From: Elusimicrobiaceae bacterium
Lineage (GTDB): Bacteria; Elusimicrobiota; Elusimicrobia; Elusimicrobiales; Elusimicrobiaceae
Direction of reading: 5' to 3'
Length of the DNA stretch: 64,000 nucleotides
NCBI GenBank assembly: GCA_045634505.1
Contig: JAZRAH010000088.1
Location: forward strand, 6,474 to 70,473
Below the pieces are notes generated by a model. That model was given only the letters and a program-made list of their open reading frames with translations. It had not been told where the DNA came from and made no database searches. Each line of letters starts with the position of its first letter. Position 1 is the stretch's first letter. The translations under genes were made by a program, and so were the position numbers. Positions 9,203 to 19,038 of this stretch are shown piece after piece.

Positions 9203-9982
9203 ATGCAAAACAAAAACCAACCCGTCATTGCGAGGAGCACCGCGACGAAGCAATCCACTCAAAACAAAAAAGGCTGTCATTCCCGAGTGTTTTTATCGGG
9301 AATCTACAACGCATGCCGTTGTAAAATTGAGGGAAATTCCTTATTAAATAGGTACGTGGAAGATCCCCGACAGAAACCCTCGGGGATGACCTCTTGTGTT
9401 ACAACAGCCCGCGGCTTTACCGCCCGCTCCGGTTTTACTCTTATGGAGCTGTTAGTTGTAGTTTTAATTATTGGCATTTTGGCCGCCGTGGCTGTGCCAC
9501 AATACCAAAAAGCGGTTAAAAAAGCGCGGCTAGCAGAATTTATTTCTACCATTTCTTCTATTGAAAAAGCGGTGGATGTATGGCTTTTGGAAAATGGCGG
9601 ATACCCTGAAGATTGGGTGTGGTTTACTAGTAAGGAGAACCCTTCCCTTACTTATTCTTCGCTAGATATTAAGATGTCTTGTGCGAAAGAGGATCGCTCA
9701 TCTTGTTACACCCGGCTGGGAGGATGGGATATCTATTGTATGCCTTCTTCCTGCGGTATCAATTTATATACAACTTATGATGAAAATGGAGCAACTACAA
9801 ATACTTGGTTAGATAAGGCGTTTATTTCTGTACGCAAACGCCCGTCCGATGAAAATATATGGAAAATAGAAAGTGCTACCCAAAATACAAAATTAGTTTG
9901 CCAAGTGTGGAAGGAAACTTTTGGTACGTCTCATATGCGTGCAAGTTTTAAAGAGACGTGTGCGGAATTAGGGGTAGAATAA
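9203..9982 (+). CDS. Type IV pilin-like protein 1 (PilE-type) with 77-aa leader
   Basis: G|[28 protein letters not shown]; SD AGGAG; Cys-containing variable C-terminus. Confidence 0.9.
   Translation: MQNKNQPVIARSTATKQSTQNKKGCHSRVFLSGIYNACRCKIEGNSLLNRYVEDPRQKPSGMTSCVTTARGFTARSGFTLMELLVVVLIIGILAAVAVPQYQKAVKKARLAEFISTISSIEKAVDVWLLENGGYPEDWVWFTSKENPSLTYSSLDIKMSCAKEDRSSCYTRLGGWDIYCMPSSCGINLYTTYDENGATTNTWLDKAFISVRKRPSDENIWKIESATQNTKLVCQVWKETFGTSHMRASFKETCAELGVE
9223..9390. repeat. CGTC-type REP half plus REP doublet inside prepilin leader 1
   Basis: CGTCATTGCGAGGAGC..GACGAAGCAATCC (9223-9256) and TGTCATTCCCGAG...CTCGGGGATGAC (9275-9390). Confidence 0.8.
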
Positions 9983-9994
9983 GCACATAAAAAT

Positions 9995-10022
9995 GCCCCG
10001 AAACAATTAGTCTCGGGGCGTT
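9995..10022. terminator. Putative terminator between pilin 1 and mscL
   Basis: GCCCCGA/TCGGGGC stem between convergent stops. Confidence 0.6.
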
Positions 10023-10037
10023 AAACTATATACAACT

Positions 10038-10499
10038 TTATTTAATTTCGCTCGTGCAGTGCGGGCAGCGGGTGGCTTCAAGGGCAATTTCGCTGCAGCA
10101 GAACGGGCACTTTTTGGTAGTGGGCGCGGCGGCCGGAGCCGGGGCCGGTTTGTTGAGTTTATTGATGGCTTTAATCAAAATGAAAATACAGAAAGCCACA
10201 ATCACAAAGCTAATAATAGCGTTTAAAAATAAACCTAAGTTAAGGGTGGTAGCACCGGCGGCTTGCGCGTCGGCCATGGTGGCAAAATTGCGGGCGCCTT
10301 CTTTGCCGGCTTTAATGACAATAAACCAGTTGGAAAAATCCACTTGGCCTAACAGTAAGCCCAAAGGCGGCATGAGTACGTCGGCCACCATAGAGTTTAC
10401 AATTTTGGTAAATGCGCCGCCAATGATGATACCAACTGCCATATCAATTACGTTGCCGCGCATGATGAATTGCTTGAATTCCTGAGCAATACCTTTCAT
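10038..10499 (-). CDS. mscL: Large-conductance mechanosensitive channel with C-terminal Zn ribbon
   Basis: EFKQFIMRGNVIDMAVGIIIGGAF; CPFC...CPHC tail. Confidence 0.96.
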   Translation of the reverse strand: MKGIAQEFKQFIMRGNVIDMAVGIIIGGAFTKIVNSMVADVLMPPLGLLLGQVDFSNWFIVIKAGKEGARNFATMADAQAAGATTLNLGLFLNAIISFVIVAFCIFILIKAINKLNKPAPAPAAAPTTKKCPFCCSEIALEATRCPHCTSEIK

Positions 10500-11213
10500 T
10501 TATTTCTCCTTTGTTACTAATTTTGCCGCCTCAAAAAGAGGCGTGTACAAATCGTTTTGGACCGGATATTGAATTTCTTTGCGGTCTGTTTTTTCTGTAA
10601 ACGTTACCGGGGCGTTGGTAACCACGCACAAGGGGCATTGTTCGTCTGCCTCTCCCATAAGAAATGCGCAGGCAGTAGCTAAACTATCCGCCACATTTAC
10701 AAGCGTAGTTTGGAGCGGTTTGCCAAAAATGTCCGGCGTGCCGCGCAAGTCTTTTACGCCCTTAAACCCTGCATACCCCACCGCGCCTGCAATTACACCC
10801 GCGCGCAGGGGCAAAATCATACTGTCTGTAATCACAATCCCTAAATGTTGCACGTGCCAATTTTGCGTTAACATTGTGCGTAATTCTTCGGCCGCGGCAT
10901 AACAGTCGGGCAATAAGATAAGCAGCCCGTTTGCATTACTTTCGTCAATCCCGGCATTGGTCATTACCATACCGTCTTTAATCGTCAGCCACGCAAGCGG
11001 CGTTTTAAGGGCCGCCGTGCTGTGCTGCTTAATGAGCGTTTCTTTTTGGGCCGTGCTTGTGTAAGGGACAGTATTATTTTTCCAAAGAGCTACCACTTTT
11101 GAGGACACGGCAAGTACGGTGTTTTCTTCCGCGTGCGTAATATGGCGCGTAATGAAGGCCGGTAAATTGTCCCCGGGTTTAAACACGGCTGTATGTACGG
11201 CGGTTACCTGCAT
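10500..11213 (-). CDS. F420-0:gamma-glutamyl ligase (CofE)-like protein
   Basis: LAVSSKVV, NAGIDESN, VITDS, D.RG.PDIFG, DSLA.A..MGEADE..P. Confidence 0.8.
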   Translation of the reverse strand: MQVTAVHTAVFKPGDNLPAFITRHITHAEENTVLAVSSKVVALWKNNTVPYTSTAQKETLIKQHSTAALKTPLAWLTIKDGMVMTNAGIDESNANGLLILLPDCYAAAEELRTMLTQNWHVQHLGIVITDSMILPLRAGVIAGAVGYAGFKGVKDLRGTPDIFGKPLQTTLVNVADSLATACAFLMGEADEQCPLCVVTNAPVTFTEKTDRKEIQYPVQNDLYTPLFEAAKLVTKEK

Positions 11214-12313
11214 GCGTCCTCAAACGGGGCTACAAAACTGCGGAACACTTCGTTAGCCAGATAGAGCCCCTCTTCACTTAATTTTACCTTTTTATGGTCC
11301 TGCGTGAGAAGCCCGTTTTGGACATGCTTTTCAATAGCGGGGCCAAAAAATTCTTTTTGCTCATCGGAAAGATAAAGTCCGTCCAACAGCCGCAACGCTA
11401 AGAGTAGCCCTTCCCCTACGCGGGCTTTGCCGGTAAGCTGTTCGGAAAAAACAAGCGGAGATTTGCCGTTTAACATATCAAAAATATAGTCTTTTAGTAC
11501 CGGCGTGTTTTGCCGACGCACCCCGCCCCGGTACGAGGCCGCCGCACAGCCCAAGCCTACATATTCGGCACTTTGCCAGTAAAGGGTGTTGTGTTTGGCT
11601 TCGTAACCGGGCAAGGCATAATTAGAAATTTCGTAATGATGATAACCGGCGGCGGTTAAAAAATCGTGCGTGTGTTCCAGCATTTGGCGCATTAAGGCGT
11701 CGTCACACACTACCCCGCGCGTGTAAAAAGGCGTTCCTTCTTCTATTTGAAGCCCATAGACCGACAGGTGTTGCGGGTGCAAATCAACCAGGCGGTGCAA
11801 ACCGGAGGAGAAACTTGCTAACGTTTGACCGGGCAGGCCGGCTATTAAATCTACATTGATGTTTTCAAAACCGCCCGCCTGTGCGTCCGCATACACTTGC
11901 AAAAACTGCGCGGCCGTGTGGATGCGGCCTAGGGTTTTAAGTTCGTCATCATGAAAACTTTGCAGCCCCATGCTTAGGCGGTTAAAACCCAACTGGCGAA
12001 GGGCGGCAATTTTTTGGGGGGTTAAACTTTCCGGGTTGGCTTCAAAGGTACTTTCTAAAAAAGCGGGCACGGGTTGGAAGTTTTTGCGGATAATTTTAGC
12101 CAGGCGTTGGAGCTGGTGGACCGCCAATAAACTGGGTGTGCCGCCCCCTACGTACAAGGTTTGGCAGGCAATTTCTTTATTTAGCGCGGCTTCGTGCGAT
12201 AGGGCGGCCAGGTAATCGTCTAACAGCAATTCTTGGCCGGGGTAGGAGGCAAAGTCACAATAGAGACATTTTTGTTTACAAAAAGGGATGTGTATGTATA
12301 GGCCGCGTTTCAT
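11204..12313 (-). CDS. hemW: Radical SAM heme chaperone HemW (HemN-like)
   Basis: [30 protein letters not shown]. Confidence 0.9.
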   Translation of the reverse strand: MKRGLYIHIPFCKQKCLYCDFASYPGQELLLDDYLAALSHEAALNKEIACQTLYVGGGTPSLLAVHQLQRLAKIIRKNFQPVPAFLESTFEANPESLTPQKIAALRQLGFNRLSMGLQSFHDDELKTLGRIHTAAQFLQVYADAQAGGFENINVDLIAGLPGQTLASFSSGLHRLVDLHPQHLSVYGLQIEEGTPFYTRGVVCDDALMRQMLEHTHDFLTAAGYHHYEISNYALPGYEAKHNTLYWQSAEYVGLGCAAASYRGGVRRQNTPVLKDYIFDMLNGKSPLVFSEQLTGKARVGEGLLLALRLLDGLYLSDEQKEFFGPAIEKHVQNGLLTQDHKKVKLSEEGLYLANEVFRSFVAPFEDACR

Positions 12314-13425
12314 TTATGTTCCGCTTCGTAGTTTAAATAAGCCAAAATAAAGGGGTCTAGGTCGCCGTCCATAACGGCGGTAATTTGGCTAGTTTCGTAA
12401 CCGCTGCGTAAGTCTTTAACTAACTGATAAGGCATAAACACATACGAGCGGATTTGGTGGCCCCAGGCAATTTCGCCTTTTTGACCGTAGCGTTTTTCGG
12501 CCTCGCCGCGTTTTTTGTCCATTTCTAGTTCGTAAAGTTTGGCTTTGAGCATCTTCATAGCGGTTTGGCGGTTTTGCAATTGGCTGCGTTCAATGCGGCA
12601 AGATACCACTATGCCCGTGGGTTTGTGTAACAGGCGCACGGCACTTTCCACCTTGTTTACGTTTTGTCCGCCGTGGCCGCCGGCGCGGGAGGTTTCCAGC
12701 TCAATGTCGCTTTCCGGGATTTCTATGTTGATGTCTTCGTCAATATCGGGCAGTACGTCGCACGAGGCAAACGATGTGTGACGCCGTGCGTTGGCGTCAA
12801 ACGGGGACACCCGCACCAAGCGGTGTACGCCGTTTTCCCCTTTTAAGTACCCATAGGCAAAGGGGCCTTCCACCATGGCAGAAAGTGTTTTGATACCGGC
12901 TTCGTCGCCGGGTTGGGAATCTAAAATAGAAAACTTGAAGCCGTGTTGTTCGGCCCAGCGGGTGTACATGCGTACCAACATTTGGGCCCAATCGCACGAT
13001 TCGGTGCCGCCTGCCCCGGCGTGAATAGTTAAAATGGCGTTTAGTTTGTCGTTCGGTTCGCTTAGGCGGATTTCGCCTTCTTTTTGCGCGATTTGTTTTT
13101 CGGTTTGCGCTAAACTGGCAAAGAGGTTATTTAGTTCGGTTTGGTCTTGCATTTCTTTGCAAAGTTCAAAAAGCGCATGGGCATCTTCTACCTGTTTTTT
13201 GAGTTCAAAAAAAGTGGTAATAGACGTTTTTAAAAAATCAATTTGGCGCGATACTTCTTTGGCTTGGTGCGGATCGTTCCAAAATTCCGGCGCGGCAGAG
13301 CGGGTTTCCAACGCGGACAGCTCGGTCTTTTTATCGGCAATTTTATCAATGGCCTCAATTTTGGCTACGCGGGCGGAAAGGTCCTCTATTTTTTGTTCCA
13401 CATCTTTAAATTCAATATTATTCAT
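12310..13425 (-). CDS. prfB: Peptide chain release factor 2
   Basis: [12 protein letters not shown] (SPF), [10 protein letters not shown] (GGQ); continuous frame. Confidence 0.96.
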   Translation of the reverse strand: MNNIEFKDVEQKIEDLSARVAKIEAIDKIADKKTELSALETRSAAPEFWNDPHQAKEVSRQIDFLKTSITTFFELKKQVEDAHALFELCKEMQDQTELNNLFASLAQTEKQIAQKEGEIRLSEPNDKLNAILTIHAGAGGTESCDWAQMLVRMYTRWAEQHGFKFSILDSQPGDEAGIKTLSAMVEGPFAYGYLKGENGVHRLVRVSPFDANARRHTSFASCDVLPDIDEDINIEIPESDIELETSRAGGHGGQNVNKVESAVRLLHKPTGIVVSCRIERSQLQNRQTAMKMLKAKLYELEMDKKRGEAEKRYGQKGEIAWGHQIRSYVFMPYQLVKDLRSGYETSQITAVMDGDLDPFILAYLNYEAEHK

Positions 13426-15016
13426 AAAAAAACACCACCGTAGAAATACCTATGGTAAAAAAGCAAATGGCACACAGCCAGGCAAACCAATCGCCCCATT
13501 GGGCGTAAAACGTAGTTTTCCCCCGTACGGACAGCGGAACATTTGGCGTGAGAATTTGCTGAGTAAACAAACCGGACACCTCTTTGAGGTGGCCAAAAGC
13601 GTCTATATAAGCCGAAAAGCCGGTGTTGGCCGCCCGTACCACGGGTAACCCGTTTTCGGCTGCGCGTAAAACGTTCACAGCTAAGTGCTGATAGGGAGCA
13701 GACGTGTTAAAAAACCAGGCATCATTGGTAATATTTACAAACAGTTGCGCGCCTTGGCGGTTTAATTGGCGCCATAGCTGCGGGAAAATAGATTCGTAAC
13801 AAATGGTAGTGCCCAGTTTAATGCCACCCGCTTCTAAAAGGGGTTGCTCCTTCGGGCCTGGAGTAAAAGACCCCAGCGCCCCCATGACTTCAATGTTTTG
13901 GGTAATGTGGTTTAACAAACTTTGAAACGGGATAAACTCCCCAAACGGCACTAACTTAATTTTACGGTAAGCAGCGAGTGTATTTGCCGCCGGAGAAAGC
14001 AAATAGGCACCTACGTATTGATCCCCGGTTTGAGAAGAAATATTGGACCCAATGAGTTGGTGCGCGCCGGAGGTTTGGGCAATGTGGAAAAATAAATCGT
14101 AGTAGCGTTCATCCGTGAGAGAGCCGGGAACGGCACTTTCCGGCCAAATGGTTACATAGAGATTTTTGTCTGTGAGCTGCGCACCCATAGTTTGCAGGGT
14201 TTGGGCGATTTCATCTTCGTACTGTTGCGTCCACTTTTTGTACTGGTCAATGTTGGGTTGCATAATTGCCGTTTGTACGCTAAGTAGGGCGTGCGGATGT
14301 TTGGCAAAGTGAGCGTAGCGCGTTTGCATGTGGCGGCCTATGCCGTACACACTGGCAAAAACCAGGGTGGCTAGTGCCAAGTGCCACAGCCCTTTTTTAA
14401 GCCCCGGTAGCGCAAAACACCAACCTACACTGCTGCCTACAAAGGCCAGCAAAAAACTCAGCCCATATACCCCGGTAAAGGAGGAAATATAAAGAAGATC
14501 GGGCACGTTCCATTGTGTGTAGCCTAACATTACCCACGGGAAGCCAAGCCCGTAAAAAGCAATGGTTTGGTGGAGCCATTCCAAAGCCACCCACCCACAG
14601 GCCGCAAGTAAGGGGAAAAATCCCCCTGTTTTTTTGAGGAAATGACAGGCTCCCCCCAAAATAGCCCAAGAAAGTGCTAATAAACCGCTCAGGCCCAACC
14701 AGGCTGCTAGCGCAAGCGGCTTAGAAAGGCCGCCCCCATGCACACAGGTATAGTAAATCCACGATAATAAAAGCGCGTTACTAAGTACCCCGGTCAACCA
14801 CCCGTATAGCACACTGCCCCATATACTGCGTACATGGCAAATGCCCCAAATAAACGGGGCCAAGATAAACCACGCCGCAAAGGAAAACGAAATTTTTGGG
14901 TAACTAATGTAAAAAAGCCCGGCCGTTACCCCCGCACAAACCGCCACAAAAAACAGGCGGCTTGTGTGGTGAACAAACAAACGCAAACGGCTTGGGGATT
15001 TTACATCAGCAGACAT
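13418..15016 (-). CDS. lnt: Apolipoprotein N-acyltransferase
   Basis: [31 protein letters not shown]. Confidence 0.95.
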   Translation of the reverse strand: MSADVKSPSRLRLFVHHTSRLFFVAVCAGVTAGLFYISYPKISFSFAAWFILAPFIWGICHVRSIWGSVLYGWLTGVLSNALLLSWIYYTCVHGGGLSKPLALAAWLGLSGLLALSWAILGGACHFLKKTGGFFPLLAACGWVALEWLHQTIAFYGLGFPWVMLGYTQWNVPDLLYISSFTGVYGLSFLLAFVGSSVGWCFALPGLKKGLWHLALATLVFASVYGIGRHMQTRYAHFAKHPHALLSVQTAIMQPNIDQYKKWTQQYEDEIAQTLQTMGAQLTDKNLYVTIWPESAVPGSLTDERYYDLFFHIAQTSGAHQLIGSNISSQTGDQYVGAYLLSPAANTLAAYRKIKLVPFGEFIPFQSLLNHITQNIEVMGALGSFTPGPKEQPLLEAGGIKLGTTICYESIFPQLWRQLNRQGAQLFVNITNDAWFFNTSAPYQHLAVNVLRAAENGLPVVRAANTGFSAYIDAFGHLKEVSGLFTQQILTPNVPLSVRGKTTFYAQWGDWFAWLCAICFFTIGISTVVFFYE

Positions 15017-15018
15017 AA

Positions 15019-15450
15019 CTAGTATTCAATTTTGCAGCGGCGGGCCTTACAAACCGGGCGGGCCGAGGGACTACATTCTTTTTCTTGAGAGACTGTTTCC
15101 GCGCAGGCGGAAGTAACCGCATTTTTATTATTCATTGCGTTGAAATCCACAATATGATTTACGTTAATAGCTACAACCCCTTTGGGCCCTGCGGAACAAC
15201 CACAAGGGTCCTTATCTACAATAATGCAGTCTTCATCTGTGCTGCACGCATAAACACGTGCTGCACGGGCTTGGCGGGCGGCTTGTTTTTCCGCCTCGGC
15301 GGCCGCCTCTTTTTGAGCGGCAATTTCCTGTGCGTCTAATTTAACAAGATCCACTTGTAGGGGGGTGTGATGCGCTAGCAACATCGGGATGGCCAGGATA
15401 ATTGCCCCGGCACAGACGGCAAAAAAGATGTTTTTTATGTGTTTATTCAT
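15019..15450 (-). CDS. Hypothetical membrane-anchored protein with 8-Cys C-terminal domain
   Basis: N-terminal hydrophobic helix; CSTDEDC...PCGC...C...C...C...C. Confidence 0.7.
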   Translation of the reverse strand: MNKHIKNIFFAVCAGAIILAIPMLLAHHTPLQVDLVKLDAQEIAAQKEAAAEAEKQAARQARAARVYACSTDEDCIIVDKDPCGCSAGPKGVVAINVNHIVDFNAMNNKNAVTSACAETVSQEKECSPSARPVCKARRCKIEY

Positions 15451-18044
15451 TGATTAGCTCCACAACATTTTTTGTATTTTTTTCCGCTCCCACACGGGCA
15501 GGGATCATTGCGGCCAATGTGTTTTTGCACGGGCTCATTTTCACCTTGTTGCGGGTTTTTAGCGGCGGCCGCTTGGGCGCGCTCCGCCGCGGTTTGGCGC
15601 GGGGGCAGTTGCAAGCGGAAGATATAGCTGACCATCAAATCGCGAATGCGGTTCATCATGGAAGTATAGAGTTTATAAGACTCTTTTTGATACTCAATGA
15701 GCGGATCTTTTTGGGCGTAGCCGCGCAGGCTGACGCTACTTTGCAATTGGTCCAACTCATAGAGGTTTTGCTTCCAGGCGGTATCAATAATTTGCAAGAG
15801 GAGCATGCGTTCCACTTCGCCAAAGTCTATGCCTTGCTCGGCAAAATACAACGTGCGTTGGGCGTAGAGGTCTTTGACGGCGTTCATAATATCTTGCACC
15901 AGTTCTTCTTGCGTTTTTTTGCCGACGGTTTGGTCGGTCAGTTCAAACGGCAGCGGGAAGAAACGGTGTAAGTTGGCGTTAAGGGCAGCAAAATCACTGC
16001 GTTGCGGATGTTGGGGGTGGTAGTATTGCTCTACCAACTCTTCCACAATTTCCTGCATCATTTGGTGGGATTTGTCGGCCATGTTTTCGCCGTCTAAAAT
16101 AGCGTTGCGGATTCCATAAACAGCGGTGCGCTGTTGGTTCATTACTTTATCGTAATCTAAGAGCTGTTTGCGGATGTCAAAGTTGCGCCCTTCTACCATG
16201 CGTTGCGCCCCTTCAATCTGGCGGGTAAGCAGAAAGGATTCAATCGCTTCGCCCTCTTGCATTCCCACGTGTGACAAAATAGATGCAATTTTTTGTGAGT
16301 TGGCAAACAAGCGCATCAGTTCATCATCCAGCGCAATGTAAAAGCGCGAAGAGCCCGGGTCCCCTTGGCGCGCACAGCGGCCGCGTAACTGGTTATCAAT
16401 GCGGCGGCTTTCGTGCCGTTCACTCCCAATCACGTGAAGGCCGCCCAAGGCAACTACCGCATCTTGTTCTTCTTGCGTGGCCGGGTTGCCGCCTAGCACA
16501 ATGTCCGTACCGCGCCCGGCCATGTTGGTGGCAATGGTAACGGCCCCTTTGCGCCCGGCTTGGCTGATGATTTGGGCTTCCATTTCGTGGTATTTAGCGT
16601 TTAATACTTTGTGCGGGATGCCTTTTTGGCGCAACATTTGGCTGAGTTTCTCGGACTTTTCAATACTGCGCGTACCGACCAGTACGGGGGCTCCTTTTTT
16701 CCACAAGTTTTCTACTTCTTCCACAATGGCATTAAATTTGGCACGCTCGGTCAAGTACACCAAATCCGGGTAGTCAATGCGTTTGGAAGGACGGTTGGGG
16801 CGGATTTCCACCACGTCTAATTTATAGATTTGCCAAAACTCGTTGGCTTCGGTCATGGCGGTACCCGTCATGCCGGAGAGTTTGTTGTAGAGTTTAAAGA
16901 AGTTCTGGAACGTAATGGTGGCTAAGGTCTGGTTTTCTTCTTTAATTGGCAGTCCTTCTTTGGCTTCTACGGCTTGGTGTAAGCCGTCGCTCCAGCGGCG
17001 GCCAGGCATTAAGCGGCCGGTAAATTCGTCCACGATAATGACTTCGCCGTCTTTTACCACATAGTCCACGTCGCGCTCGTAGAGGTGGTGGGCACGCAAG
17101 GCTTGGTTAATGTGGTGGACCCATTCGGACTGGACGTCGTCATAAAGGTTGGTCACATTTAAAAATTTTTCTGCCTTGGCAATCCCCGTGTCCGTCAGGG
17201 TAGCGGTGTGGGCTTTTTCGTCAATAATGGCGTCCACTCCGTCGTCCAAGTTGATGCCTTCGTACTTGGCTTTTACTTCGTCTTTTTCCGTAATAATGCG
17301 CACTTTTAACGAAGGGATTAAACGGTTGACAATGTAATATTTGTCGGTGCTTTGGTCCGACGGACCGGAAATAATGAGCGGGGTGCGGGCCTCGTCAATC
17401 AAAATGGAGTCCACTTCGTCCACAATACAGTAATTTAAGGGGCGCAAGACGCGGTCTTGGCGGTTGATGACCATATTGTCGCGCAGGTAGTCAAAACCCA
17501 GTTCGTTGTTGGTAACGTAGGTAATATCTTTTTGATACATTTCACGCCGTTCGGCATTGGGCATATCGTGCCCAATAAAACCGACGGTAAGGCCTAAAAA
17601 TTCGTGAATAGGGCCCATCCATTGGCGGTCACGCTTGGCAAGGTAATCGTTCACAGTTACGACGTGAACCCCTTTACCGGTTAAGGCATTTAAGTAAGAG
17701 GGTAATACGGCCACCAGGGTTTTCCCTTCCCCAGTGCGCATTTCCGCAATTTTGCCTTGGTGTAGCACAATGCCGCCTAAAAGCTGTACATCATACGGGC
17801 GCAGACCAATCACGCGTTTGGCGGCTTCGCGCACGGTGGCAAAGGCTTCGGGCAGCAAATCATCTAACGTTTCGCCTTGGGCCAGGCGATCTTTAAATTC
17901 TTGCGTTTTAGCTTTGAGTTGGTCGTCCGTTAGTTTTTCCATGTCTGCAGACAGGGCGTTGGCACTATCCACGTAATGTTGAATTTTCTTTAAATCACGT
18001 TCACTTTTTGTTCCAAAAATTTTGTTAATTACAGTTTGAATCAT
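15447..18044 (-). CDS. secA: Preprotein translocase SecA
   Basis: MRTGEGKT, IVDEVDSILIDEARTPLII, SEC-C GRNDPCPCGSGKKYKKCC; start moved to MIQTVINKIFG. Confidence 0.98.
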   Translation of the reverse strand: MIQTVINKIFGTKSERDLKKIQHYVDSANALSADMEKLTDDQLKAKTQEFKDRLAQGETLDDLLPEAFATVREAAKRVIGLRPYDVQLLGGIVLHQGKIAEMRTGEGKTLVAVLPSYLNALTGKGVHVVTVNDYLAKRDRQWMGPIHEFLGLTVGFIGHDMPNAERREMYQKDITYVTNNELGFDYLRDNMVINRQDRVLRPLNYCIVDEVDSILIDEARTPLIISGPSDQSTDKYYIVNRLIPSLKVRIITEKDEVKAKYEGINLDDGVDAIIDEKAHTATLTDTGIAKAEKFLNVTNLYDDVQSEWVHHINQALRAHHLYERDVDYVVKDGEVIIVDEFTGRLMPGRRWSDGLHQAVEAKEGLPIKEENQTLATITFQNFFKLYNKLSGMTGTAMTEANEFWQIYKLDVVEIRPNRPSKRIDYPDLVYLTERAKFNAIVEEVENLWKKGAPVLVGTRSIEKSEKLSQMLRQKGIPHKVLNAKYHEMEAQIISQAGRKGAVTIATNMAGRGTDIVLGGNPATQEEQDAVVALGGLHVIGSERHESRRIDNQLRGRCARQGDPGSSRFYIALDDELMRLFANSQKIASILSHVGMQEGEAIESFLLTRQIEGAQRMVEGRNFDIRKQLLDYDKVMNQQRTAVYGIRNAILDGENMADKSHQMMQEIVEELVEQYYHPQHPQRSDFAALNANLHRFFPLPFELTDQTVGKKTQEELVQDIMNAVKDLYAQRTLYFAEQGIDFGEVERMLLLQIIDTAWKQNLYELDQLQSSVSLRGYAQKDPLIEYQKESYKLYTSMMNRIRDLMVSYIFRLQLPPRQTAAERAQAAAAKNPQQGENEPVQKHIGRNDPCPCGSGKKYKKCCGANQ

Positions 18045-18088
18045 AGTTAAAATCCTTAAAAATAAAATTGCGAGGTACGACGGAAACA

Positions 18089-18715
18089 CTAACCGGCTAC
18101 CGGTTTTTTGTGGTTGGTTTTAATGTGTAAATTGGTAGCCTGCGCGGCTTGTTGGGCTTGCTGCTCGGCTTGCGTGAGCGCCTGCTGTGTAAGCGTTATC
18201 AGTTGCTCCCCGACGTTGGTTTTTAACTGGGCTATATCCGCTTGCAACGCGGTAATAGCAGGGGTTAATTGCGCGTTTTTTTGTGCTTTATAGGCGCGCA
18301 GTAAAGTTTCTTTGACTTGCACGCTAACGGCCCAAATGCGCGGATAAAGCGTATTTAATTTTTCCCGTGCGTGTGCGCGTGCGGCGGCGGTTACGTCTGT
18401 GCCGTGTTGGGAATAAATCAGCGCTTGCTGATATTGGGCGAGCGTTTGATTAAGAGCGAGTGAATTTTCAAAATTGCGCGCTAACGCAATAAGCGTATAG
18501 CGGTTTTCCAGCGTATCAGCCGAATGTTGGGACACAAATTGACGTAAAAGTTGGTCAAGCAGTTGGTTTAACTGTTCGTCCTGCGCGGCTTTTTGTAGTA
18601 ACGCCGGGTTATACGCGGCAAAAACCTCGCGCGCCTCTTCGCGCGTGAGCGTTCCCTGAGCGTAAAGTGCCGAGCAGAGCGAAAAAGTAGCTACTAAAAG
18701 AATGCCGCGTTTCAT
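18089..18715 (-). CDS. Hypothetical secreted helical protein
   Basis: Signal-peptide-like N-terminus; Ala/Gln/Leu-rich. Confidence 0.65.
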   Translation of the reverse strand: MKRGILLVATFSLCSALYAQGTLTREEAREVFAAYNPALLQKAAQDEQLNQLLDQLLRQFVSQHSADTLENRYTLIALARNFENSLALNQTLAQYQQALIYSQHGTDVTAAARAHAREKLNTLYPRIWAVSVQVKETLLRAYKAQKNAQLTPAITALQADIAQLKTNVGEQLITLTQQALTQAEQQAQQAAQATNLHIKTNHKKPVAG

Positions 18716-18796
18716 AGCTTATATTTTACTATATTCTTAGAACGCGCGCGCGTGAAATTTTTTCACACCCATTGTGTTTTTTGCTATACTATGGAT

Positions 18797-19016
18797 ACAA
18801 TTTGATTCTGTTTTTGGAACCGTTTAAGAAACGGGGTGCTTTATAAGCTATCTTCGAGTCCAAAAACAGCCGATATTAGGCACACAAAGGCGACGGCCTG
18901 CGTGTGCCGAGTGTTTCCCGTCTTAATGACGGGAGGCTGCGGCTGTTGTCCTAAGACCTCGAAGATACTTAGTGTCAATAGCCGTTTTATGTGTTCCGGA
19001 TGACAGGAAAATTGAA
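18797..19016 (+). ncRNA. Structured pilin-leader element, copy 2
   Basis: TATACT 18785-18790, 6 nt, then ACAATTTGATTCTGTTTTTGGAAC; barcode TATCTTCGAG (18849-18858)/CTCGAAGATA (18958-18967). Confidence 0.85.
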
Positions 19017-19038
19017 ATTTATCACAGGAGCACATACT

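Noticed and set aside
18991-19038. Longer N-termini for pilins 2 and 8 and the 50745 start in the ORF track
   Set aside because: These starts fall inside the structured leader; SD-linked ATGs at 19039, 56920 and 50898 are preferred.
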